A stretch of 64,000 bases of DNA, from the NCBI GenBank assembly GCA_000004985.1, contig GG738845.1, one strand, 5' to 3'. Made by a program: the position numbers and the translations under genes. Below the pieces are notes generated by a model. It was given only the letters and a program-made list of their open reading frames with translations, was not told where the DNA came from and searched no databases. Source of the stretch: Naegleria gruberi. Its lineage: Eukaryota. Shown piece by piece: positions 12,113 through 23,229 of the stretch; the first letter of the stretch is position 1, and each line of letters begins with the position of its first letter.

Positions 12113-15100
12113 TTATTGATTGGAGTGTGAAAGGACAACTTGTTCAAAGAAAGACTTAACTCCCGCAATATTTTCCTCCAAACTCTTAACTTTAGCATTA
12201 CATTCATCTTGAATTTCCTTCTCTCTGATTTTCATCTTTTCCTTTTCTTTTTCAAGTTGAATTACTTTTTGCTTCTCTTTGTTCAATGTTATACGAAGAT
12301 TTTGACTTTCTGCTTGACTCTTCTCCAAATCATTTCCCAAATCCTCATATGATTTAATCTTTAGTTGTGCAATGTGGAGGGAATTTTGCAGAGATTTAAT
12401 TTGTTCCTCATAATTTGAATTGTCATTTTGCTTTGTCAATTTGTTTTGAGATATTAGGAGGTCGTTATGTGTCTTCAATTTGATAAGTTCATTTGAAAAT
12501 TTAACGAATTCAGATTCAAATCTCTTCATCTCTGATTCATATTTTGAAACTAGGAAGGTGTTTTGTTTTTCTAATTGGAGAACGTCCAGACTTTTTTCTT
12601 CTACTTGTCTGGTCAAATCTACTATTAAATCATTGTACTTTTTGTTTTGTTCGTTTTGCTCATCCTGGGTCTTTTTGACTGATTCATTACTTGAGTGCAC
12701 GTATTGTAAGTTGGATTGGAGTTGGTCATGCAACGCCTTTATGGTTTCTTCATTGGACTCTATTCTCTGGAGCAAGGATAGTTTCATTGATTCCTTGTCG
12801 TTTTGAACTGAAACAAGTTGATATCTGGCTTGTGCTAAATTACTTTCTAGAGAGATCTTTTCCTCCCTTATCTTTTGTATTTGATTTGCACAACCAGTCA
12901 ATTCACAAACTAGACCTTCTATTTCTTTTTCCATATCAGTAATCTTTGATTCAAGTCTCTCGTTGTGAAGTCTCAGCTCTTCTTTAAACGAGGAGTCAAT
13001 CACTGGTAATTTTGTGCCTTTTCTTCTTAATTCCAACTCAGTTTCCAAAGTTGAAATGATTGAGTCTTTTTCTTGTAGTTTGATTTGATATACTCGTTTG
13101 TCATTTTCTATTTTCTCTTCCTGCTTTTGAGTGATTGATTCTATTAAAACAATATGAGATTTGATGTCTTGCAATTTGTTGGTCCACATTTCTTCAACTC
13201 TTTTAGCTTCTGATTTCAAATAATCTCTTTCCTTTTGCAGTATTAAGAGTTGATTATTTAGAGATATGTTTTCTTCTGTTTGTTTTTTTAATTGTTGAGA
13301 CAGGGATTCGTGTGAATTAGACGAAGAACCTATTCTTTTTTTGGTGTCTTCTAAATCTTTGTTCAGGTGCTGAACTACCTTTGTGTAGTTTTTAATATCA
13401 TCCTCGAATTTTTGTCGTTCTCTGTTCTTTTCTTCGACAAGTTTTGCATTCGAACATTTTTGATCTTCAAGTTGAGAGAGTATGTTATGGTTTCTCTCTG
13501 CAAGATCTCTCATTTCTGCTCTTAAGGAAGACTCGATTTTTTCCATGTAAGCTAGATGGGATTTCTCTTTGCTAAGTTCTCTTGAGGCCCTCAATAATTC
13601 TGTTTTGGCACTTTCTGATTCTTCGCCGAGGTGAATTAATTGTTTTTCACTTGTAATTTTCACCCTGTGTAGATCCTCTCTTAATTGTTTTTCTGCTTGC
13701 TGCCTTTCTTCTATTTCAATATCCTTTTTTCTAACAATTTCTTTCAATGACTCTATCTTCTGCATAAACAATAAATTTTTTTCGTTCAGTTGCTCAATCT
13801 CTTTTTGCATTACTTGCTTCAATGATTCAGAGTCTACTGAAATCAACTCCATTTCACTACAAATTTCATTAAAATACTTTTGAATTTCTTCAAAGTTTGA
13901 ACTTATGGACTTGAAATCATCGTTAATTTTAAGGGAAGAAACAATCTTTTCTTTTAGAACTTGTTTTACAAGTTTTTCTTGTTTCTCAAATTTTTCATTT
14001 GAGTTTTTAAGATTGGATATTTTCTTGGTATACGATTGGTATCTATCATCATATTTGGATTTCAATTCCAATATTTCGTTCTCATATCTTTGTTTCAAGG
14101 AGGTAATGTCAGATTCGTAGTTGCTCTTCTCCAAAGAATTAGTCTTCTCCCGAGTATCAAGTAAACTCTGCAAGTTTTCATTAGCTACCTTTACAATTTT
14201 ATATTCCTCCTCCAGAATTGAATGTTTTTTTGAAATATTTTCTTTTCCCTCTTCAAGATCTGTTAAGCTCTTTTCATGTTCGCGAATGGTATGTTGTAAA
14301 TTTTTAAAAAGTTCCTCATAAACTGTCTGGAGAGACTCTTTTTGAGAAGTAAGATTAATAATATCTTCTTTAAGGTGGGTGCTTGTTAATTGTTCCTTCT
14401 TTATATCACTTTCCAAAGCAATATTCACCATTTCATTTCGAATTATCTTCCCCTCTAATTCACTAATTATTTTCGTTGATTCTTTTAATTGTTCCTGAAG
14501 AGATTGTAGCTCTAATTTTTCAAATTCAAATTCTTGATTGAGTTGGAGATTTTTCAATTTCAAATCTTCTATTGTTTTGTACAAGGTTTCAAGTTGAATT
14601 TGATAGGCTCTGGACATTTTTTCCATTCTTTCTTTTATGAAACTGGTTTCTTCTATTTTAATATCTTTAGAATCATTTTCTAATTGTTTCTTCAAGGCTT
14701 CATTTTCAATAGTTTGATCTTCCAACAATTTCTTAAGAGTATATTCATTTTCTCTTGATTCTTTACTCATCTTTTGAATGTAGTTCAAATGTTCCTCATT
14801 TGCTTTTCAATGTTAGGCAAGGGCTCAAACAACTATTAAACTTACTCTTATCCATTTTTTCTTTCCACATCCTGCCAAAATCAATATTTTGAGTTTCAGA
14901 CGAATATTTTTGAGATTTCAATATTTCTTCATACTCTCTAACTCTCATTAAAAGTATTGCATTTTCTTGTTCTAATTTTTTTTTATCTTTCTCTAACTCT
15001 GACTGCTTGTTGTGGTGTTGTAAAAGTAGATTGGCCTCGTTTTTTCTAAAGTTATCCTCTGTTTTTTTGTTAGATTCCATAACGACCATATTCATTTTTT

Positions 15101-16319
15101 CAATTGTTTCTTGAAGAGATTTAATCTCTGTCTTCATTCTTTCAACTTGGATCTGATTTTTAGACTCATCCTGTAAAGCAGGAACAAGTAATTGTTGGAT
15201 TCTTATGTTTTCTGATTTTTCTTTTTCTAGATCTTCTTTTAACTTGTTAATTGTGGACTCGTATTTGTCTTTTTCCTCTTTCCCAGTTTGGTCCTCCTTT
15301 TCGTCACTTGAGCTTTTACTTTCAGAAAAAAGAAGAGCCTTGCGGAGTTCTTCATTTCTACTTAGCACTACCGATAGCTGGTGAAGGAGGTCTTCATTCT
15401 GCATAACTAAACTTTTCATTCTTTTTTGTGCTAAATCCTTTTCAGACAAATCCTCACCATACTGAATATGTTCAGAGGCATTTGATGAGCTGTCATCAAA
15501 ATCAGTTTGACAAAATGCAGTTAAATAGGTTGGCGAGTTTGAAATCAGCCTGGAGGGTGATCCTTCAGAGAAGGAGAGTAGGGATGGGCTTTCAAATGAA
15601 TTGTTTTCCTCTTCATTTCGATTTTCCTTCTTTGTTTGCCTTGTTTGATTTGAAATTGCCAGTGTTTTTAAAGGTAGTGAAAGAGGTGAAATAAGAGCCG
15701 TGTTTCCTAAGTCAGATTTTTGAGGCTCCAAATCTTGACCTGAGAGATGGGCTTTGATTGGTGTTGTATTGTCGAAATCCAAAACCCTGAAAGTATTACT
15801 TCTCTCGCTTACTGAACTGCCGATATATGGTGAATCATTATTCTTAACAGAGCTGTTTGGTGTTGTCATATTAGTATAACTTGTTGAGGGTGACCCTATT
15901 TCAGAAGAATTAGTGGAAAATGGATTTTGAAAATTTTGTGATGGAGATTCTGTAGCAAGCTCTTCAGTAGTTGGATTATTGGGGGTTGTTTCGGGATCAT
16001 TTGACTTTTGTGTTCTCTCAATACCTCGAGACTGTACAATCCTGTTCCAATCATCGATTATACTATCGAAATAGTTGTTTGTTTGATTATTAGCACCGTT
16101 TGTTTTATCTTTCTTAATTATCATTGTATCCTCCATAGTTGTTATTGTTCTATTCAAAACATTGGTGTATTGGCTGAGAAGTGTGTTATAGAAGGATGAT
16201 GACGATCCCGATTCTTGATAATGTCTCGTGGTTGTATTGTTTAATGTATTCTCCTCTCTTGTTTTTAGGATGTCTCCCTCATTTGCCGTTGGCCCTATTG
16301 CCGAGCTAGTTGGAATCAT
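12113..16319 (-). CDS. Large coiled-coil protein of about 1400 aa. A Ser/Thr/Asn-rich N-terminus is followed by more than 1000 aa of heptad coiled coil. Two exons joined by a 43-nt intron at 14803..14845.
   Basis: ORF 14796..16319 ends at a TGA stop a few codons after a GTAAGT donor: MDK|S-GTAAGTTTAATAG...CCTAACATTGAAAAG|. Splicing A+CA joins it in frame to NEEHLNYIQKMSKESRENEY of ORF 12113..14788. That ORF otherwise begins at TTG. The content is myosin-tail or golgin-like, rich in E, K, L and Q. Confidence 0.65.
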
Positions 16320-16403
16320 TTTTATTTAAATTGAATAACGAGAACGCATTGGCGGCACTGATAAAGTGTACTGAAAGTTTTCTTAATTAAAAAAAAATTA
16401 AAA

Positions 16404-19400
16404 ATGACCCAAACAAAAAGAAGAATATTTCGAAAAGATAGGTCTGCTTCTCCTTCCACAACTTCATCAGGCGCGGAAACGAATCCAACACTTCAGCAAC
16501 CAGAATTAACAACAACAGAAGCCAAAACGCCAATCAGAATGAAGCATGTTACCACTGATCAAGCTGATTTGTTTGACTTTTCAAAATGGGATTCCGAAAT
16601 ATCACCAATGTATGTTGTTAACAAAATATTCAATAGTCATCACAATTATTCCAGACAAACATATTTATTATCTGTCCTTTCAAAGCAATTAGAAATTACA
16701 ATCAAACATAACATTCTTTCTCATTTCTTTTTTAATTTGCTTAACCAACAAAACAAGATATCAACACAAAAGTTCTTAGAATTAATCCAATCCATATCTT
16801 CACAACATCCCGATCAAAAGAATACTTTATTAATATCTCTTGCACTTTCCATAGAGTTACAATCAAATAGATTGCCAGAAGAACACAATGATTACGTATA
16901 TCTGGTAAATATCACAAAGTCTCTTTTAGAAAACTCTGTTTTTCAAATTGGTTTACTTAAACAATTGATGAATTTTGATTTTTTAGGAGCTTGTGGAATC
17001 TCGACTAGGAATATGTTTTTAAAAAGCAAAACTCGAGAATTATATACGCAGGACCGTTTTAATCTTTTACACGAAGAAAATGAAGGATTCTCAAAACTAA
17101 TTTCAATCATCATAGATCCAAATAATTTGTCAATTCAAAAGTTGGAACAAATAACCAATGAAATTATTCAAATCATAGGATTTTTCAACCTTGAACCAAA
17201 TAGGGTACTTGATATTCTATTGGATGCTTACGAAAATAATTTAGACAGTGATGTTTTACTGAATCTTGTTAGGTCCCTTTTTAATAATCAACATTTGAAG
17301 CATGTTATTGGATTTAAACTTTCAAGCTATCATAACAAGGTTACTCCAACAAGTTTGATTGTAATGATTGTTAAATTGATGCAAAAAGAACTTTTTATTT
17401 TTCAAGATATTATGTATTATTTAGGTCCACATTCTGTTGATGATTTGGAGCATTTTCATCATGAATACGAAACAGAATTGAAAAGAAGTAGAGAATACAC
17501 AATTACAGTTGATGGAGCAGTTGAAAAAATCGAACCCAGATTTGAAAAATCGTATCCAGAGTTTCAAAAGGATCAAAAATTTGGATTATTAATCCAACTT
17601 TTGAACTTTGATATGATAGCTGAAGCTATCAGCATGTTAGACATCCTATCAAAATATGACCCTCATTGGAATTATGATATTTCCATTGCTTGCTGTAAAT
17701 CTATTGAAAAAATTTCTACTCCTCTATATGAAAAATATACTGTATTGAACAACTATATTTCAATAACCAATGATGACAAATCAACTATTGAAAATTACCT
17801 CTTTCCTCTTATTTGCCATACCAAATATGAACTGTATAGAGAAATCAAATCCCTTACAAAGCTCATACGTCTACTTAAATTATATATGAAACAACCAAAC
17901 GACCATCATCAAAAACTAGTGCAAGTTTTAGCATCAATTCTCTCATCACTATGCTTTGTAGGAATGAACACTTCTATAGTTTCAGAATTTTGGAGTATTT
18001 TGGCTCTATTACCCTATCAAACCAGATATGAAATTTATGGCTTTACAAGGCAACACGGTTATGAGAAACAACCCAAAATGCTCGCTCAACAAAATTGGGT
18101 GTCGAGAGGTATTAGACATATATTTAATAGAATTTCCTTTGCAAATGTGAGAACAAAAGCAAGAGAGATACTTCCATATACTGTATCAAATCCAATTATC
18201 GTATGTGAAGAGTATATTAGAAAATGTGAAACCTACGATAATCAAATACCCCTTTGTGTAGATGTATCTCAATTCTCTCCAGAAATTTCCCATGACATTA
18301 TGCAATACTGTTTACTTAATAGATTACTTTCCAATCAAAGCAGTAACATTAAGGAAGATGGTATTTCTATAGCAACTTGGCTCTCTAATTTAGCTAGTTT
18401 ATATGGGCTGTTTTTCAAAACATACCCATTTGTGGATATGAAACCTGTTCTTAACTATTTAACCCAAAGATTGAAGGAGGGACTTTGGGAACATTTGGTA
18501 ATTTTGACTGAAATTATCAAAAATACCTCAACCTTGGAATATTCTGAAGAGATTAATCAACATCAACTAGAGGCACAAGCAGGAGGAAAAGTTTTACACA
18601 GTCTAGCAGGAACTTTTTCTCCAAACTCTAAAAATACAGGCGTAGAATCAATGAAAAAACTTAAAGATACAATACTGTCAAGTGGAAGTGGTGTATCACT
18701 GGTTTTGTTGCTTGCAAAGCTCAGTAATTATGGAATTCATATCCATGAAGATTATCAAGAATGGAAGCATGTTGCAGATTCAAAGGATATGTGCCATGTA
18801 GCCTACCTTTTATTATTGAAATTCCTCATTTCAGAAATCAAGTTTGTCTTTGAAGAAGAGGCTTTGGGTAATGAACTTAACTCTTCCCTACTTATTCCAA
18901 GTGTGGATACCTTGAAAGCATATGATTTGTCAACACCATTTATTTTTTCAATTGTAAGACTTACACGCTCTTCCATCCCACCAAATATATTACAAAGCCT
19001 ATTACCATTAGACATAAGCAATAATGTCACTTCTCAATTTTATAACTTTTTCTGGATGAAAGACCTTTCAGATATTTATGTACCAACTTCCCTTTACAAC
19101 AGTACCATGAATGAATATGGCAATCATAGATCCTCCTTAGTAAGAGAAAAGGACGAGCAAAATCAAAAATATGAAGCATCTATGAAAGAATTCAAGGAAA
19201 TTTGTCACAAATTCTTTATGGCTGAATCTGAATTTGTGGACATGACTACTATTCTCCAACATTGCTTTCTTCCTAGAGCTTTGTTTTCTGCAGCTGACTC
19301 TTTATACTGTGCAAAACTTGTCCATCTATTACATACTAGTGAAACTCCAAAGTTTTCGTTCAATCTCTTTTTACAATATTTATTGGAATATGTGCCTGGC

Positions 19401-21455
19401 TTACTGTTGACCTGTACAGAAAATGAAGCTAAAAGATTGAGTAGACTTGTTCAATTTTTACTCCCAACAGCAAATAGATGGTATGAAAGCCAAAATGAAT
19501 TCAATCGGGAATGTAAAAACAAGCCTGGTTCGTTTGTATCTGTAAAGAAATATCCTCAACTATCTAGCTCAACAGACGATATATACACCAAACTAGATTT
19601 TGAAAATTATCAAAAATTCCACTTTTTAATAATGGAAAATATGCTCAACAATTGCATTTTGCTACTCAAGAGTAATGATCATATCAAAATTCGAATTGCC
19701 ATGTTATTTCTATCTCCTCTTGTCAAGACAAACACTTTCCCGTTCTATTCCCGTCACTGTGATGCTCTTTTAGAGATATCAGATTCATTGAAAGAGCACC
19801 ACGTTGAAAATATCAAGGTTTTATCTAACACATATTTCCCATTGATAACCTCCATCAGAAAGAAGAGTGAAAATCCAAGCTTTATCAAACCCCTATTGAA
19901 ATTCTCTGTTAAGCCAACTAATATCAATATTCCCTCCAGAGATAATGAAATTCCAGCAAACTCAATAACTCCAAATACTGCTATTTCAGAAAGTGAACTT
20001 ACCTCTCTCACTCCCCAAAAACAAGAAGACACTCTCGGTGACTTTTCTGATTCTGGTAGTACCTCACTTTCTCCACCAACAACCCTTTCCACAAATATTG
20101 AAGCAACAATTGTTGTTCGAGGAGAAGATTCGACTATCCCTCCTATTGAGAATACTCCTCTTGAAACACCTACAGTGGAAGATGTTAAAATGTCGGAGGC
20201 CTCAAATGAAGCAATTCAACCTTATGATACAAGTTTACCTGAATCTAATGTAGAGGCTGCTTCACAAGATGCTCCTGTGGAGGATGTTCCTAAAGCAGAA
20301 ACTGTGGTTACAATTTCTGTGGAAGAAACAAAGAATACCACACCAACCATTACAGAGGAAAAACCCCAAGAGGAAGCTGTTGATATTGAGAAATCTCTAA
20401 CAGAAGAACCAAAATCTCCAGAATACGTCCCAATTGAACAACAATTAGAAAATGAGTACAAATCTCAAGTACAAGAATCTGATAACATTTTAGATAGTTC
20501 CAATTCTGAAAATACCCAATCTGATCAAAATATGATGAACTCCAAATTGGTACAGCTCCTCAAACAGAAACAACAAACAAAATCAGAGGATAAATCTGAG
20601 GAAGTTAAGGACTATGTTAAAGACATTCAACAATTACTCATTCTTCCAATTAACAATCCACTCCAAGTAATCAAGCAATCACAAAGAACAACTGAAAACA
20701 CAGCTCCATCCTCTGAAAGAAAACAAGGCAATGACTCGAAGGAGATTCGTTCTCTACAATCATCCAGAAGAATTGATGATAATCTAAAACGTGACACACA
20801 CCCCTCTTCACAAGAAAGAAGACTATCATCAAATGCTTCTTCAACTAGTAGTAAGGAATCATCCCAAAAAAAAGAATCAGAAACCAAGACAAACAAATCT
20901 AATGAAGATAAGTCAGACATTAGATATGAAAGTTCAAGAAGTAGGAACGATTCAAGAGAGACTCAAAAAAATGAAAATAGCTCACAAAAGAATGACAATT
21001 CTCGTTTGAATAGAAGTGAAGGCAGAAACCTTGACAATAGAAACGACAGAAGTGATAATAGTAGAAACGATAGAAGTGATAATAGAAACTTTGACAACCG
21101 TGATGCTTCCAGATACAGCGACAGATATAACGATAGAAGAAGTTCTTCACAAAGCAGTTCCAATAGGGATAATCGAAATAATGATTTTAGAAGAAATGAT
21201 TCTTCTTCAAACAGATCTGATAAGGGAACATCCGGCAATGATAGACGAGATACAAGAGGAGCTGGTGACTCGTACCAATCTGATAAGAGAAATAGTTTGG
21301 GTGGAAATAGTACATCCTCTGATAATAACAGAAGAGGATCCTCTTCTGGCGAATTGAAAAGACAATACAGTAATGAATCATCCTCAAGTAGCTCCAGCAA
21401 CAATAGACAATCAGAACACGAATCAGAAACAAAGAAAAAACGATTCCACAGATAA
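16404..21455 (+). CDS. THOC2: THO complex subunit 2 (THOC2/Tho2) homologue, 1683 aa, apparently intronless.
   Basis: [15 protein letters not shown]...[20 protein letters not shown] matches human THOC2 FNLLREENEGYAKLI...[44 protein letters not shown] matches [23 protein letters not shown]. The C-terminal 350 aa is a low-complexity R/D/S/N-rich tail with RNDRSDNS repeats, like the basic tail of THOC2. Confidence 0.85.
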   Translation: [1683 protein letters not shown]

Positions 21456-21484
21456 AATTCCCAATAAGTTTGAGTTTTTACTAT

Positions 21485-21806
21485 TTAAAAATGTTTTTGT
21501 GGCATGGTCATCTTGCTTTCATCGGATTCACCATTGAAAGTGGTATTAACAACAGGATAGTTTGTTCCGTTGGCAATTTGTCTCCTCATCTTGACACGAT
21601 TATTAGCAAGAACCTATTAAATAACTTACCTGATCTTGCTTGAATTTAGTGTAGAAAAAGTATGGAAGAACACCAACAAAAACGAAAGCGTATAATGTAT
21701 TCTTTGGTGTAAACTTGAAATTTCTATGAATGTGATCACGATAATTGGCGAAGGCTTCAATCTTTGGATCCAATTTAACTCCAGTTTCTCTTGGTCTGTT
21801 CCACAT
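21485..21806 (-). CDS. NADH dehydrogenase (ubiquinone) 1 beta subcomplex subunit 4-like (NDUFB4/B15). Exon 1 at 21632..21806 is certain. The 3' exon assignment is tentative.
   Basis: ANYRDHIHRNFKFTPKNTLYAFVFVGVLPYFFYTKFKQDQ matches NDUFB4 [41 protein letters not shown], including the single TM segment. A GTAAGT donor sits right after KQDQ. A 41-nt intron would add MRRQIANGTNYPVVNTTFNGESDESKMTMPQKHF. An unspliced read-through would end VSYLIGSC. Confidence 0.6.
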
Positions 21807-22013
21807 CTGTTGTTTATATTATTATAATTCCATCATTAATGTTATCATCCAATACATAAATAATTTAGTGCAACAAATCCGAACCGGCATGAATAACACA
21901 AAAAATGAGGGAAAAACGCACCTAGTTTATGAATATTTTTTATATTTATTATTTAATATTTGAAATTAAATTGTTGAGATTAAATAACACTATTGGGTGA
22001 AAATCCTTTATCT

Positions 22014-23021
22014 TTAAGTACCAGGTTCCTTCTTTAAATCTGAATCCTTTTGATAGGCAGTTTCTCTGATGTGGTCGTTATCACTTGACATTACTCCGGC
22101 TTGCTTCATTATGAAAATTTCTGCAGCATTATCCTCCCCCAATGCCTGTTTGGATTGTTTTGCTTTAGCTCTATATCTCAAATCGATTTGAATTGATTCA
22201 CTAAGAGGGAATATCCATGCTTCTATATGATTAATTTCAAAATCAGAGTCACTCGACAATTGGGGACTGTATGAATAAGTAAGTAAATCTCCAACAGTCC
22301 TCCCAAACCTCCAGTCCTCTTCAATACAAAGAGAAAAGCATCCCATTTTTCCTCCAAATGCAAGGCCATTGTATGGATTATACTTATTTCCATAATTAAA
22401 GTATACATAATTTTCATTTCTATTACTGGACCTGTAAATTTGCACATTCGTTTCCTGATTTTCATTTGTTTCAATTTTGAACAATAAACAGTTGTTATTT
22501 CCATAAAAATTAGGTTTCCTATCCAGAGAAACACTTGTAAAAGCTCCAAATATATTTCCTTCAATATCTTCAATTATGATTATCATTGGTCCGTGATGCA
22601 TTACTATTTCACCAAAAGTTGCTATCGAAGCTCCATTTCTCCAATTTGCATAGAGTAATGTCCATTCATTATGTTGCTTTTGTTCTTGAGGAAGTGCAAG
22701 TCTTAATTGTTGAATAATTGATTTTCCCTTCTCTCCGATTAGTATTTTTGATTCTCCAACGAGATTGGGAGCATTATAGGAAGTTGTTGTATTGGAGGAG
22801 AGACTTGAAGTTGAAGAAGATGATGTTATTTGAAAATTATTCTGATCATTTGATGGGATATTCAATGTTGTCGCATCGGAAGTTGTACAACTGCTGTTAA
22901 AATTGGTATTTACTTGTTGATTTTCAGAAGGGGTAAGTGACTGATCTTGTTTCGTTGTGACTGGGGAGTGTTTGTTTTGTTCTCTTTGTGGCAGCGAACT
23001 GGTCGTATTATTGTTTCCCAT
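22014..23021 (-). CDS. TLDc-domain protein (MEAK7/OXR1-like) with an N-terminal MG myristoylation-type start.
   Basis: It starts MGNNNTTSS, with Gly at position 2. The C-terminal 200 aa has the TLDc pattern: WTLLYANWRNGASIATF...GPMIIIIEDIEGNIFGAFTSVSL...NCLLFKIE...YFNYGNKYNPYNGLAFGG...EINHIEAW. Confidence 0.75.
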   Translation of the reverse strand: MGNNNTTSSLPQREQNKHSPVTTKQDQSLTPSENQQVNTNFNSSCTTSDATTLNIPSNDQNNFQITSSSSTSSLSSNTTTSYNAPNLVGESKILIGEKGKSIIQQLRLALPQEQKQHNEWTLLYANWRNGASIATFGEIVMHHGPMIIIIEDIEGNIFGAFTSVSLDRKPNFYGNNNCLLFKIETNENQETNVQIYRSSNRNENYVYFNYGNKYNPYNGLAFGGKMGCFSLCIEEDWRFGRTVGDLLTYSYSPQLSSDSDFEINHIEAWIFPLSESIQIDLRYRAKAKQSKQALGEDNAAEIFIMKQAGVMSSDNDHIRETAYQKDSDLKKEPGT

Positions 23022-23229
23022 TCTTTCAAGATTTTTATCTATTTTTTATTAAATTAAATGATTAAAGGAATTTTGCTATTAATTATTGATCCTTTTTACT
23101 TTTGTAATGATGATGAGGATTGTAGCAGTTCAAATAAAGATGCATCACCAGCGTATTTTAAAAGTATTGGATCGATAAAAACCAATTACCAATCAAATCA
23201 TCACAACCAAACAAAATAATAATAAAAAA

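Noticed and set aside
20627-21432. Stack of minus-strand ORFs (20627-20920, 20920-21150, 20963-21403 and 21187-21432) over the THOC2 3' region.
   Set aside because: They are antisense to the RD/RS-like repeat tail of a well-supported THOC2 CDS. They have biased composition and no independent start context.
21616-21631. A 16-nt GTAAGT...TAG mini-intron in the NDUFB4-like gene.
   Set aside because: It is far below the size of any other intron in the window (39 nt and up). I prefer the 41-nt alternative or read-through, and have flagged the ambiguity.
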